Notes under the pieces: model-generated
Database searches by the model: none
What the model saw: only the letters and a program-made list of their open reading frames with translations
Told to the model about the DNA's origin: nothing
Position numbers and translations under genes: made by a program
Shown here: in pieces, positions 26,725 through 40,631 of the stretch
Layout of the letters: each line of letters starts with the position of its first letter
Numbering within the stretch: position 1 is the stretch's first letter
NCBI GenBank assembly: GCA_030141605.1
Contig: JAQGDQ010001090.1
Coordinates: forward strand, 1 to 63,936
Source: Tubiluchus corallicola
Taxonomy: Eukaryota; Animalia; Priapulida
DNA: 63,936 nucleotides
Direction: 5' to 3'

Positions 26725-27176
26725 TCAGGCTCTATATGTCCTAATTACGTCCCGAATTCTCGCCCGACATATTGGACACAATCCTTCTCCGTTTCGCCAC
26801 TGCAAGTCCGCGCACGCGTAGCACATGCACATGTGTCCGCACGTGTATAAGACGCAGTCGACGAGTCGTTCGTAGCATATCACGCATTCGTTACTATTCT
26901 CTCCGGCGGGCGGCGATCCGGGAGCGGCTGACTTAACAGTGGTCGGATAATTCGCCACTGCCGGATGAGGTGGAGTTTGCATCGGGGCGGCTCCGGTCAT
27001 CGGAGGTGGAATGTTTGTTGTCGGACAAACGATGTTGGCCGGTATGCTGCTCTGCGGAGGTGAAGCGTACGTAGGGGAAGGCCGAGGTGGAGCTCGGGCA
27101 ACACTGACTGTGCTTGGTGGAGACGTAGCAGATGGATTCTGTAATGCTGGCCTATTGTGTGCTGCAGGTATACAAC
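26725..27176 (-). CDS. neur: neuralized exon 6 (Pro-rich linker, C3HC4 RING, stop)
   Basis: ECVICYE..VDCVLYTCGHMCMCYACA...CPICRARIRDVIRTYRA*; acceptor attacag, phase 1. Confidence 0.96.
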
Positions 27177-28219
27177 CTGTAATTATACAAAATATACAAT
27201 TATTCATACACGTAAAACTGTAACGTAAAATAGAGTTACATATCTATGAGAAATACAAATTTGATCGGCAAGTTTCAACCACCCGTGCTCAAGACAACAT
27301 AGTCTATAATTTCAGTTGTTTAACATTTCAGCACACAGGTGGCGCTTGCAAAATGTAACAAATAGAGATGCCGTGGAAATAAACACGTAAAATTTCCAAT
27401 CAACATTTTTGGAGCAATCCAATGGCCGATACTTAAAAGGCTTGCATTTTCTTTGGAAATGTAAATTAATGCAGGTAGTTGTTGACTTACGACTACAATG
27501 CGTTCAGGTCGAAAAGTCAAAAGACAAACTGTAAACAAGTCAGACCCGTATATTAAAGCGGTGCACTCTGACACGCAAAACCTTGTGTGTGCACACATGC
27601 GCCAAGTATGGCGGTGCCTACGACGAGTTTATCAAAACAGACAGCAATTTAAAGTTTATTTGTTTAAAAAATAGAAGAAAATAAGAGTTACAGTTGGTTT
27701 TGTATAATTAAGTTGTATAATTAATTAAGTTGTGGTTATGCAATAAAGTCTTTACATGAAATAAACTTTAACTAGCCTCAAAAAATTCATCACAGACTCT
27801 GCCATACATAGTGTGTGTAGAGGCACAACATCTTGTGTGTAGAGGGCACACTGTTCTAATATATTGGTCGTAATTACTACCTGCAAGCCAATCGACACAC
27901 AAGTGTTACAAATAACCATTAACTCAATGGTTAATTAACTAAAAAAAGGATGGTGCTGAAAACTATTAATCAATCGGAATTCGAACCCAGAACCTTCTGC
28001 TCACAGTTTAGATGCTCTTCTGTTTCAGCTAGTCACCGAACAGGTGTGAATTCTCATGCTAGTAGCACCATCCTCTTTCAACTGATACCTCTTACCTACT
28101 GATTAGGTAAATGGCTGATTACCTATACAAACTGATTGCTTTCTCAGCTACAAAGTCACTAAATAAATAACACGAAAAACTGCTACACACGGGAAAAATG
28201 TCAGCAAACACAGACGCAC

Positions 28220-28339
28220 CTATTAGTCGTATCGCTTGTGTATTTCCATAGACATCAAAGAACATCCACAGAGGTTGAGATATGTCCACGTACATCACAA
28301 TTGTTGTTTGACCACCGTTTCGGCTATAATGCACTTCAC
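28220..28339 (-). CDS. neur: neuralized exon 5 (end of NHR2)
   Basis: GEVHYSRNG...PLWMFFDVYGNTQAIRLIG; tttacag/gtgcgt; phase 1-1. Confidence 0.95.
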
Positions 28340-28699
28340 CTGTAAACAATAGATAGTATTGATTAGCCACCGAGCGTAACATTTGCACTAGACTGAAGAA
28401 AGCATTACCTGGTATTTCTACATGTTATCAGAAAACCGATAATTGACAATAGAGCAATCAATAACTGCATAGTACAGCTTCCGCACTCAAATGACATGCT
28501 ATTAGGTAACTTATGAAAACAGCAGAGCTTTTACACTGCAACATACTGAGTTTGCTAGAAACATTAGAGCTAGAGGGCGCTCAATAAAGATGCAGACCCA
28601 TGCACTCGTCGTGCGAAGTCACAGTGGATATTTGCTTTGACATTTTTTGACCATGTGACCTTTGACTTCTTGAAACAATAAGCAACAGGTTTCAAGTTC

Positions 28700-29100
28700 T
28701 GTTGAGACCAAGCTTGATGATTACAGCTCTGTTCCCAGATTACAGACACACATGGACAGAAATTCTGGTACACTGGAGTGTCTAAGCGCCACACCCTATG
28801 CACCGACTACCATTGGCATGGGGTGCGAAAACTCTGTCAGTTATAGTGCTTCTTGGTTGGCATATCCGCATAATGTTTTCTCCCGATCACCGGACGTGTC
28901 CAGCAAAACACTGTATCAGTGTTCTCTATTATGAAAAAGATCGGCTGCTGATCCAAAGTGTTTAACCTTCCTGGCGACCCCCTTCATTGAAATCATGAGT
29001 ATCTTTTTGGTTAGAAAATAGCCAAGATGTTAGAGAATTCAGATAGGTTAAGAGCCTTTGACGCAATCTTCATCAAGAACAAGAGAACATTTAGTTGAAA
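28700..29100 (-). mobile_element. Degenerate RTE-like LINE fragment
   Basis: Frameshifted FAGHVR and GSR.IG remnants resembling the RTE ORF C-terminus. Confidence 0.35.
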
Positions 29101-29490
29101 TTGCAATTCATAGTCTTGGCTACAAGTAAAATTTGACTACCTTTGTATAGCGTGAATAGAATGACCCTTGAAAGTATATTGTTGCAATTATATCAAGAAA
29201 ATTTATTTCCGTTAGACACAAGGAGTCTAAATATTCAATCGAAAGTCACAACACTTGTTTCTGGTAATTGCTCACTAAATCGTAACCAAAACGTCATTTT
29301 ATTTAACATCTTTCTGCATTACATATGGTCCACCAGCCATTTGTGATACCTCATTTTCAAAAAAATTGAGGTTGTATTGTTAGAAGGAAAAGAGTGTCAT
29401 GTGTATACGTTTTACAAATTACAAATTGCACTACTAATTACCAAAGTGAGTAAGTGCAAAGCTGCTACTGATATTACTTGAAGAAAAGTA

Positions 29491-29952
29491 CAGTCAACTT
29501 CGGGTATAAGGTACTCGCTTATAGGGGACCACCGACAACGGTCCTGATTTTTCATAACGTTTTTCCTATGTAAAAATCTTCGTATATAAGGTACTCGGAT
29601 ATAAGGGACTTTTGGTTATAAAGGACGATATCTTCAATTCCCGTATAATAGAAACCCAGGTAAATTACCTCGCATATAAGGGAGCCTATAATCAAAGCGA
29701 AATTGATCAATTTTTAACCTCAATTTTTCGCAAACTCGGCCTTCGAACAGCTCGGTTTCTGCGGTCACATCACTGAAGGTGCTTCCTACATGCCGTTTGC
29801 ACAGAATGTGTAGCAATAATCCATAAAAATATGGGTAAAAGTACAGGTCTAGATACACCCTCGGTCTGACTCAACTTCGGCTATAAGGCACATCGGACAT
29901 AAGGGACGGTTTTTTCCGGTCCGGAGGTGTCCCTTATATCCCAGGTTGACTG
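29491..29952. mobile_element. pogo/Tc1-like MITE
   Basis: TA-CAGTCAAC...GTTGACTG; repeated subterminal ATATAAGG motifs. Confidence 0.8.
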
Positions 29953-30153
29953 CACACTAAAGGTAGCAATAAACCGCTTATAAAATTTTACTCTGTAATC
30001 TAGCATATCTGAGTAACTAATTATCACAGCTTTTACACTCAACATGTGTTCAGAAGTTGACAAAGGACAGGCAAGTAACTAAAAGAAACCACAAGTCATC
30101 AATCGAATAATCGATCAGCTAATCAATCAATCAAATACAGAAATGCTAATCAC

Positions 30154-30352
30154 CTTTGTGATTAACGAAGAAGCTGAGTTCATCTCCTTGTTGTGGAGTA
30201 TTTGCAATGTCCTTGTTCACGACCCAGTATTCCGAACGATCGATAAGAAGGTCGGAATCGTTCGGGAATTCTCTCGGAGACACTCTATTGGGATCACAGG
30301 CCGTTAAGCCGAAGCCTAGTCCTCCCACGTAAACGCTCTCTGTCCGCAGCAC
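30154..30352 (-). CDS. neur: neuralized exon 4 (NHR2)
   Basis: VLRTESVYVGGLGFGLTACDP...LIDRSEYWVVNKDI; ttttag/gtgatt; phase 0-1. Confidence 0.95.
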
Positions 30353-31158
30353 CTAAAATAACAAGTACCTATTAGTTTCCTGACACTTAGTTGCAAAATT
30401 ATCCGTTAACTAAAGTTACTGAACTGATGTGGCAGATGGCTTGGTTTTACACACACGTGACATGGCGGTTGTAGCTAAGATACATTGCTGTGGTACACGT
30501 AACCTTTGACCTACAGCAACTGTGCTTGTGTACAACGAAACTGTGAAAAGGCTGATTGAAATTTGATTTGTAATGGCATCACAGAGTATCTAGTTTTTAA
30601 ACCTCAATTGTAAAATTGTTACACAGTTAATACAACCTAACAAAGTCTCGATACTTCTCAGGGAACATTTTAAATCAAACTTTAAATATAAATTCACGTA
30701 CAAGTGACACTTTTGGTAATGCATGTACTATATTTTGTTAATTATTTTATGCCTTGCATTCAGTTTTTTCCTTGGGCCTTTTCTCTATGGAATTCATCAA
30801 CAGAAAGACTGCTTCTTTATTAATTACAAGCTCACTTTGCTTCAGAAAGAATGTTACTGCATGCCTTTTCTTGCTATCAATATGGATTCTGTTTCTTTGG
30901 ACACCTTATTCATATCTTCATTGTTTTACTATAGCCCCTAACCACGAGAGGCCGTTACCCTTTTCTGGCACAAATTATTTTAAAAAGCCTTACATTTTAC
31001 ACCAGAATATAACTGAAAATTCTCTGAGTTCCTGTCGGTGATAGCACAAATCAACATTTATCAAATTTTGAAACCAAACTCGTCCAAAAGAAAGTCTAGA
31101 CAGCCTGGATTTGAACCAGAGACCTTTCACTCACAAAACGAATGTGAATACGTCTTAC

Positions 31159-31448
31159 CTGAACAACAAATTTTTCGCCCAGCCGTATGGGCCTCGAGAT
31201 GAACACGTACGCATTACAAAACTCATCCTCTAGCCGACTGGCAATGGTCCTGCTTGGCGACACCTGGACATTGAAACCATGCGTTGTGTGGAAATGCGCC
31301 GGCTGGAACTGCGCGTAGTTGTGGTGGACGACAGGCGGAACAGGCGTGGACTCGTCGAGGCTCACACTCTGCATCCGACGTGTGATGTCGCCCACACCTC
31401 CTGCCGTGGAATTACTCCTGCTGACCAAGTGTGGACCAAGCTTAGTAT
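31159..31448 (-). CDS. neur: neuralized exon 3 (linker, start of NHR2)
   Basis: HFHTTHGFNVQVS...FCNAYVFISRPIRLGEKFVVQ; attacag/gtaaga; phase 1-0. Confidence 0.95.
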
Positions 31449-31670
31449 CTGTAATAGAGGCACACAACATTTAATTCGACTTTAAAAATTTGTTTACGTG
31501 GGATGACGAATGGGTAACGTGATAAACCGGGATATCCCAGTTCGAACAAAATTAACTATTGACCAATGTTGGATTTGAAGTAAACATCATGGATATAATC
31601 GCTTTATAATACATACAATGAACTATAACCCCATCAAGTGTGGATCTGTAGAGACTGGTTGCATATTTAG

Positions 31671-32184
31671 TTAAAGGACAAGGAAAGGGGCACCTGAAGT
31701 AGGTTTCAGAAATATCATCTTAAAAAATTATTATACTTTACAGCATTTTTATGTGTATATCTTACTCGCAATTAAAGGAATTTTAGGTCGTTTTCATTTT
31801 AAAACTCCCGTGATGACTGTAAGACGCAACCATTTTAACGGTAAGTTGTTTGAAACAAGTTTGAAAAAATAATCAGAGCATTCGTAGCACGTTAACTGAT
31901 TTAACGTACACAGTACTTTATACAGTCAATAAGATTAATAAAATAATATGCTTTCTGGTGAGCCAGTGGTGCACACTGGGCGGGATTTTTGGTGAGCCAG
32001 TGGTGCACACTGGGCGGGAGATGCAGAGTGGTTTTATCAGGTGACACAAACATTTTAAATTACCAAGAATTTCCAATTGTAATTACACAAGTTTTTCAAA
32101 CAGGTAAGTGTAATGCTAAGCAATATGACCTTGTAAAGAAAGTTTTTTGGAATATACTTTAGAATTCCATTTACGTTCCCTTAA
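31671..32184. mobile_element. Kolobok-like MITE related to 5673-6685
   Basis: TTAA-AGGACAAG...CCC-TTAA; shares GGCACCTGAAGTAGGTTT and further blocks. Confidence 0.65.
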
Positions 32185-33622
32185 GCTATGTAAATAGATA
32201 AAGCTTGAATTAAATTGATATATATGACATAAGCCTGGAGTTTTTTCCCCACTAGGGCCTACACAAGTGATTTAAACTAATTTCACGTTATTGTTTTCAA
32301 TACTGGTATTTTAGTACTTGCTGTTTTTGAAGTAAGTCCTAAATTCCTAGTGCATCAGTTCAGTACATTAAAACGCAGACAGCGAAACAGCGTACGCCTT
32401 AGCAATGTTCAATTCCCGGCGGTGCGCCTAGGAGGTTAGAAAACGCATCTGCCACGCGACACACACAAAAGGAACAAAGCACTGGACAGGTGCAGGAAGG
32501 TATAATTACTGAAAGCGTGGCAGCCTGTGCCTACAATTCAACACAGCTGTCATTAAAACAGCAAGGTGAAAATGGACTGAGGAGGCTTTGTACAGGTCAG
32601 TTCTTAGCAAAAACGCCGTGCAGTGGGTTTTTGTAACTTCACAATCAAAAAGTAAACAGCTACTTTGCACAGTTAACAGTAAGACCTAAAATCAACTATG
32701 GTTTACGGCGCATGGAAAATGACACACAAGTTTCTGGCTTGTTTGTATAATGTCTAGTTTGTGTTTTAGTCTGTTGATGTTCACATTTTATAATGTTTCA
32801 TAGGCCCGAATAAAAATTACGTTTGACAAATATCTTGCTACGTAATTGTAAAATTTCGTAACGAAATTCTAAGCTGTGTTGATGCACTTCTTACAACTGC
32901 TAACACTCGTATATTCGTCAGGCTAGACATTCATAATTTGTTAAGCACGGTTCACAAGAAGATTTCAGGCACTTAGAACTTTTCAGTGAACACTTAATTA
33001 GTTCGTTTTTTAGTTGGAAAATGTTTGCTAATAGACAGAACTTTCTTAATTGACTATTTAATGAAACTGATTAAGTTTTCGTGGTTTGAAGTTGAATTAG
33101 ATGACATTAACATCACAGACAGAACAATGATCTGATATCGTTAATTAATAAAATCAAAATTCGCTCTTCATTAAGAATCAACTTCTACCATAGGATCATT
33201 GTTTATTTAGTCTTAGTCTCTCTGCACACAAACCCAAAATTTTCTTCAGATGTTCATTTTGCTATTACTAAAAAATGCAACACATTGTCTACCCCCTAGT
33301 TCTTTAAAAAAGCTTTGCTTATTGACAAAGTTTCCCCCGGGCTTCTTGTCTGTAGAATTCTGTGCAAGAAAACTGCTTTCCTGAAACTTACAATCTCACT
33401 AGATTAAAAAAAAACACCAGCGGGTACCTTCTGTCACTATCAAATTACTTATATGAATTAATTATCTCTGGACGTGTGCTAATATTTTCATCTTTTTACT
33501 CAAACCCCTGACCGTGAGTGACCACTGGGGTGAAAAGTAGCAAACGAAATTAGTAATAACGCTTATTAGAGAAAATTATTATACAAATTAATTAATATAA
33601 TGTTAACGTCAAGATTACTATA

Positions 33623-34066
33623 AATTATGCTTCAAAGCCATGTAGTTAATTAAATTTTGATACGAAGCTCGACAGACAGGAAACGAGAGAAAGTTGGAAT
33701 ACCTGGATTAGATCCAGGAATCTTCTTCTTACAAGACAGCTTCTTATTCATCCCTTGTAGGTGGCTAAATAAATTATACTTCAAAACCATGTAGGTCATT
33801 AAATTTTGATAACAGCTCGAAAGACAGGAAAAGAGAGAAAGTTGGAGTACCTGGATTTGAACCAGGAATCTTCTTCTTATAAGACAGCTTCTCATTCATC
33901 CCTTGTAGGTGGCTAAATAAATTATGGTTCAAAACCATGTAGTTAATTAAATTTTGATACGAAGCTCGAAAGAAAGGAAACGAGAGAAAGTTGGAATACC
34001 TGGATTAGAACCAGGAATCTTCTTCTCATAAGACAACTTCTTATTCATCCCTTATAGGTGGCTAAC
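33623..34066. repeat. Three tandem ~150-bp units, possibly from a tRNA-SINE head on the minus strand
   Basis: Triplicated unit containing CCTGGATT(T/A)GAACCAGG, a reverse B-box-like hairpin. Confidence 0.8.
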
Positions 34067-34791
34067 CAAATTCAGCATGTTCAATATTAGATCGGTGATA
34101 GCTCCCACTTCCTTTGTTTTAAATTTTGTCATCAAAACTAAATTTATTGGAAATTCGTGCCACCACTGCAAGGATGGTCAAACTCTTCCTGCAGATAGCA
34201 GCAATACAGTGAAGCATGCGGACAGGAATGTGCCTAATTCCTGCAGTGAGGATAAATTATTGTTTGTACAGGAAACAGCCAGCAAACATAAACAGCGGAT
34301 AAAATTCAGCTAATCCAGAAATCGTCCAACGAGTCTTGGGGGTACGAAATGATGTGAAAACACGATCACAAAGGCCCTTTCACACTGCTCTATTAGCAAC
34401 TTCCTGTGCCAACGACGCCAATACCGAGACGCATAGCTGAAGTATAATTCGAATTCATTGTCAAAGTACTGCCGATGAATTACAATCCACGGAATTGGGG
34501 GGGGGGGAACTATTCATGAAGAAGCTGAAATTCAGGGCAGAATACCAACTAATGCATCTGTCTTGATCATATCAATAAATTCGCTTCAATCATAAAATTT
34601 AAAAGCTGATTTTTTTTAATTAGAAGCATGATCACAGTTACAACACGAAAAGTTAAGTTAGACTAATAAATAAATCTATAAAAGGTTACATTATAGGCCC
34701 CCTAACCGTAGTTTTTCAAGAAGCAATTTGCACAATTGTACAATGTTCCCGTGGAATGCATTCCGAAAAGCAGCCCGTGAAGTTTGACAAC

Positions 34792-35040
34792 AATGATGAT
34801 GACGATGACGCTGGTGATAATGATTACAAATGATAGTGATAGCAACGATGATGGTTAATACGATGGTGACGATGACAACGATGATAATGATTATTATGAA
34901 GATGAGGACAGTGGTGATGATAATGACGATGATTATAATGATGAAGATTACGAAGATTACAACGACCATGATGATGATGACGATGACGATGATGATCATG
35001 ATGACGGCGACTACGATGATTACGAAGATGACGACGAGGA
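34792..35040. repeat. Degenerate (GAT/GAC)n trinucleotide tract
   Basis: ATG/ACG triplet run in neuralized intron 2. Confidence 0.9.
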
Positions 35041-35749
35041 AAATAAAAATAATAATTTATGTGTTAAATGTTTTTTCCACTCGCAGAACCTGTCATGCAG
35101 TAAGGCTAGAAAAAACAAAGCAATTGAGAAGGCAACAAACACTTCTCAAGGAAATAAGACACGTGGCTCCTCCTACTAGCCATAAACAATATTTTATGAA
35201 CGCCACCTCCTCTTTGTGGAAATTAACGACTGCAACACGCTGTCTGCACGGTCTCATTTTATTTCCAGGGCTTTACTCATAGCCCAGTAAAAGAATACGG
35301 GTTCTCTAACTCACACCATCTGTCAATTCCAACATATCCCATGTGTGGCACACGCTCTCAGCGCTTCCCTTTTGTCTGCAGAGCTATTCTTAGACGAGGG
35401 CAGACGCGCGGCAGGTGCAGTGGTTAATGCGTGCAGCGGCATGGGGGTTTAATTACTCAACTATTGTCTTAGTCGCGTGCGAGGGTGTATATATAGAACG
35501 CAAGCACCTGTGGGCGTGGAAGAAAGAGGTGTAAGATTTACTGTTTGACCCGGCCTCCTCAAAGCTGAGGAAATGATTGTTCCACAAACAGATGTTGTAT
35601 TTCTAAATATAACTCGCCGCACGCGAATGAGACAATAGAAGAAGGAATTGCTAATAAGTGCCTTAACACTGTCCAATAGAATAAATTGCAATATAAAGAA
35701 AATTGTAACGGGTTTTTGATGTTTTTACACAAATTTTTCATGGCAGCCA

Positions 35750-36246
35750 CAGACACCTAGCCCTATTTCTAGACACCTAGACACAAGCACAGAAACCTAG
35801 CCCTACTTCTAGACACAAGCACAAACACCCAGCCCTACTTCTAGACACCTAGACACAAGCACAGATACCTAGCCCTACTTCTAGACACAAGCACAAACAT
35901 CCAGCCCTAGTTCTAGACACCTAGACACAAGCACAAACACTCAGCCCTACTTCTAGACACCTAGACACAAGCACAGAAACCTAGCCCTACTTCTAGACAC
36001 AAGCACAGAAGTCTAGCCCTACTTCTAGACACAAGCACAGACACCTAGCCCTATTTCTAGACACAAACACAGACACCTAGCCCTACTTCTAGACACAAGC
36101 ACAGACACCTAACCCTATTTCTAGACACAAGCACAGACACCTAGCCCTATTTCTAGGCACCTAGACACAATCACAGACACCTAGCCCTACTTCTAGGCAC
36201 CTAGACACAATCACAGACACCGAGCCCTATTTCTAGACACCTAGGC
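35750..36246. repeat. Minisatellite with ~32/41-bp variants
   Basis: AGACACCTAGCCCTACTTCTAGACAC(CTAGACAC)AAGCAC, ~13 units. Confidence 0.93.
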
Positions 36247-37874
36247 ATTTGAGATACGGGAAACTTCTTACAATTTTTTTAAAATGCGATGTAGTTCAAC
36301 TACATTTCAGTAGTGGTATACGTACTTAATTACTGATGCATAGCTACAGCTTGTGGAATTTAAATTGACTTGTTAGTACAAGTTTATTACTGACAATCAG
36401 TGAGGTGGAGAGCAGTTAATGACGTCACATTTAATAAATAAACCACAGAAAATTGCTTTATTGTGTGACAGACCGTTTCGCTCTTGCTATTAAGAATTTG
36501 TTCGACTTTTACATAGTGCTACAAAAAATCAAATTCATTTATCGCTGATATAAAGAATAAACATGTCAGTATACATCTAAATGGGAAGGGGTGGTGAAAA
36601 CACAGCTTAAACAGGTATATAATCATTTATACAGCATCAATTAGCACTTGACAACTGTTAATTTACAGAGTTAGCGATCTTTCAACGAATTTAAACCTCC
36701 ACTAACCAGCGTAGCATCAATGCTGTGTGCTTTTACAAACCAAGCAAAGGGTAACGAACTACGGTTTAACTCAAATCCCACCAAAATTTTTAAAAGAGCG
36801 GTTTTGCCACCGTAAATTTGTGTGCCGAATGAAATGCTTAGCGGAAGCGGCACAACAAGTTGTAATTCAACCCGCACGCAAACAGAGAAATTCTCACTCA
36901 AATCCTAAAATTACGTTTATACAAGAATCGTTAGAACTGTGGGAAATGGATGTGTTAACAGTTTCACGGAAGGAAATTATTCTCTGAACATTGCTCTCTG
37001 CACGAATGCCACCAGCGCCATAAGCGCACGATAAACAATGCCATTTTATACAGGATTATGGATATTTAGTGTGAAATGAGGGTGTTTTTACACAAATCAC
37101 CCCACACAAGGCCAAAGGTCACACAAGGTATCCTCAAGGATAGGTGAACATATGAATACATGTCTAGAAATATAAAATTCATGTAAGTAATTTGCTACTA
37201 ACAGAACGCATCTGTTGATGTTCCGCTAGAATCGAGTTGAGATTGTAATTTTCAAGGAAACAATTTTCTGATTAAGAATTCCATGAGTAAGAAGCCCGAG
37301 GGAAAATCGGGACCAGATTTACAACATGTTGGAGTGTAAAGGTTATACATGGGTGTAAACAAATGCTACTTTTTTGCTGTTCTTTAACTTTTACTAGAAA
37401 AGTAGGCCTACAATTTGCTTATAAATGAGCATGTTAAATGTACTTTGTTACAGTTCATATTTTCATACGTTTGCATCACGTCGCTACTGAACTCCTTTCT
37501 ATTTCATTTCTCTTCTCTTTTTCTCTATCTTCGTCTATTATTTTATCTTAACTATTCTCTGCTGTCCTATTTTTTCTCTTGTTAACCAGTTTTTTCTCCA
37601 CTTTTCATGGTGGTCTTACAAGCTTTGCTTCTTGACCACCATGCAGCACATTTTTCCTGATGATAAATTATTACGTAGTCAGTAACTACATTAATATAGT
37701 TCGTTTATAATTATTGTAATTTACATTGAGTTGAAACGTAATACATGTAATTGATTTCATATACAGTTACAATGCGATAATGTAATCATGCTGAAGTGGA
37801 CAATAAATTACAAATTACAAATGTGTGAAATACCCAATAAGATATAGCTGTATACAAAAATTCGTGTAGCTTAC

Positions 37875-38372
37875 CTAGTAACTCAATAGCAATCGTGTTA
37901 CCATAGACATCAAGAAGTGGCCATATTGGATTGCTAGTATTGACACCTGAAAAGAAGACGCCCTTGTCTTCATTATTAATTCCGTATCTGACATCACCGT
38001 TTGCCGTCACATAGTAATACAAGATCGATCCGGGCAAGTCCGCATATCTCTCCCCTAGCGCCTTTGCCCAATTTCCGGCCTTATTAGTCAAATCCGGACA
38101 AGCGTACCTGGGCAGGTCTCTGCGGACGGTGTCCAGAGCTGGATCGTTGGACGTGAAACCGAAACGCAAGACGCCCGACCAGTTAGAAGAGGTCTCCACA
38201 AAACGCACGAATATGACTTCGTCGACCCGGATGGGACGGTGTCCGAAGACGATGCCTTTGCAGAAACTGTCGTTCCGGCGACAGATCCGGCGATCGGAGG
38301 ACAATGTGATGTTGTCTCCATGCGTGAAGTGGAACCAGAGTGGTTGAGTCTTCTCTCGTTCAGTGGTTTCAC
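37875..38372 (-). CDS. neur: neuralized exon 2 (NHR1 domain)
   Basis: PLWFHFTHGDNI...SFCKGIVF.HRPI...WSGVLRFGFTSNDP...LPRYACPDLTNKAGNWAKAL...DVYGNT; tttcag/gtaagc; phase 1-1. Confidence 0.97.
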
Positions 38373-38938
38373 CTGAAATGTAACAAAGATTTGTTAATAT
38401 AATTTTGCACATGCTGTGAAAAAGGCACAGTCAAAATATGTAGGAACATAAACCAAACTGCTTTAGTGACACAAACACTTTATTATTGACTGTCTTTTCT
38501 GTACACTACGTTGTGACTACTAGATTAAAACCTGTAACAGCTCAAATCACTTGAAACTGGTTAACCTTGGGCAATGCATATCAGAAACTAGTCAGGTGAG
38601 AAAATGATTCACTGTAGTCTAACTTGCTGTAAAGTTGTAATGTCGCTAAAGTTTATAAAGTCCATAAACAAACTCGTCAATCAGTTCACGGCACATGCTA
38701 CAAATATACAATGTTCCATACTTTTCACACAGTGGTGGCCTCGCAACAACAAATGTTTTACGAAGCATCAGTGATTCCAACACGTGGATTTAAAACACTT
38801 CAAGTCAGTCCAACATCATGAATTTAAAGCAACCCGTAGCTCATTAAAACTGAACACATAATACCACATATTCTCGGTAATTTGTGTTTATTGGACAATA
38901 AGAAACTTTCTTTACAGCAGAACATAATAAAACACATG

Positions 38939-39483
38939 TTAACCCTTTCATACCCGTTGTATCCCGTGGGATACGAGAATATTTTCTGCCTTTAAAATTA
39001 ATAAAATTTTAAAACTGACAGTTATTTGATCTGATAATAGTTATTTTGATTTAAGCCAATAACAATAGACTAAAAATGGTGATAAAATGGCAAACTAGAA
39101 AATCTACATAGCATAAAAAACTACTCAAGGCACAGTACTTTAGAGACGGATTTGTACAGATCAGCATAGCGTGCATACTAAATGTCGTAAAAAATTATCA
39201 GCAGTTGTAAAATGAAGCACATTTTATGCTTTTGTTGTGTTTTTAAAAAAGTCGGACTTTGTTTTTTTTTGCACATGACAAAGAATGTTGTGTATCCCAC
39301 AGGATACATTGGGAACAAAAGGGTTGTAATTCACTTTTATAATAACAGACACAGAAATGCACTGATGTGCAAAAACTGTTTTGTTGTTACACTCAATAAT
39401 ACAATGATGTGCAAACACCTCTTTGCAAGTCCAGTACTTAACTTTTTGTTTAGTAAAGTATAATTTGGGACTGAAAGGGTTAA
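38939..39483. mobile_element. piggyBac-like MITE, copy 2
   Basis: TTAA-CCCTTTCA...TGAAAGGG-TTAA; internal GTATCCCGTGGGATAC palindrome. Confidence 0.9.
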
Positions 39484-39533
39484 CAGTTAAATCGCATTAA
39501 ACTATGAGGTCTTAGGAGAAGCATCAAGAGGAG

Positions 39534-40020
39534 CAGGGGTAAGCATTCTCTACCAAAAAGCAAATTCGAACCGAATCAAATTTCAGTATCTGCTAAACCG
39601 AATTCAGTTTTAAAGATTTACAAATCAATAATAAAAACAGTCTCACAAAGATAATGCATATTGCTTGATTTTATTCTGTAGCAAAAACCACTGCTGAGTT
39701 TACCTGTCTGAAGGCAGATTTCTTTTATTTTAGAATTCTGCCTGCCCAATGTCTACAATAGACGTGACGGGCGTATGATGATGATGTTGTTGATGATGAT
39801 GATGATGATATGAAAAACACCAATAATATGTTTAAAAATTGTGTACATAAATCACAGCTAAATTTTGCTGATTGCATGATGCTTCAAGCGTTCTAATGAC
39901 AAAGCACGTTTGTAGTTGAAATCGTCAATTATTCAAATCAATAATTTTAGGTTCGAATTCCAATTTGAACTAAAAAACCTCGTTCAAATCGGAATTGAAT
40001 GCCCATTGCTCATCCGTACT
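39534..40020. mobile_element. Degenerate inverted copy of the 10221 hAT MITE
   Basis: AGGGGTAAGCATTCTCTACC start, GCTCATCC end, shared internal blocks. Confidence 0.65.
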
Positions 40021-40304
40021 AAAAATAAGGTATACTTATTGGCTTAGATGACATTCAGACAGAATGCAACATTGAGATAATATTTAAAATAAACGTAAAT
40101 TCTTACCAACTATAATACATCTTAGAATATATTTAGAAAACTTATATTCATGTTAATAAACGTGCAATAAACGACAATATAAATTACAATGTAGATTATA
40201 TAGATCTAGATAATATATATAGCACGACAATATAGATTATACATAACATAAACAAATTTTAGACTACAAGTCAATCGATATGAAAAACCTGCGGCCATGT
40301 TTAC

Positions 40305-40455
40305 CTGCAGTTACTGTATGATGAATAACATGATGTATTGTATGCCCTGCACCACAGCAACAGTGACAAGACTTTTTCGCTGATCTTTTCTTATCCTTCT
40401 TACTGGAAGTCCTAGGACCGTTGCGATTGAATATTTTCATCACTGAAGACGGCAT
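40305..40455 (-). CDS. neur: neuralized exon 1 (polybasic, Cys/His-rich N-terminus)
   Basis: accATG context; MPSSVMKIF...SSKKDKKRSAKKSCHCCC; CAG/gtaaac donor in phase 1 matches exon 2; spliced CDS 1710 nt = 569 aa. Confidence 0.75.
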
Positions 40456-40631
40456 GGTAAATTACACAGTTAGAATTACGCACGCTCTGCACTGTCTGAG
40501 CCACGCCAGCTGTTCGTGGCTATAATGAGCTACTAGCTTGTGGACGAGGCTATTTGTATACCAGCATAAAGCTTTTGTTGCTATAGGCACAATACTCTGC
40601 AATCGTCTGCACTGCAGCTGCTGTTCTGCCT

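Noticed and set aside
34691-35282. Met/Thr- and Ile-rich ORFs
   Set aside because: Degenerate trinucleotide tract in a neuralized intron, without supporting splice signals
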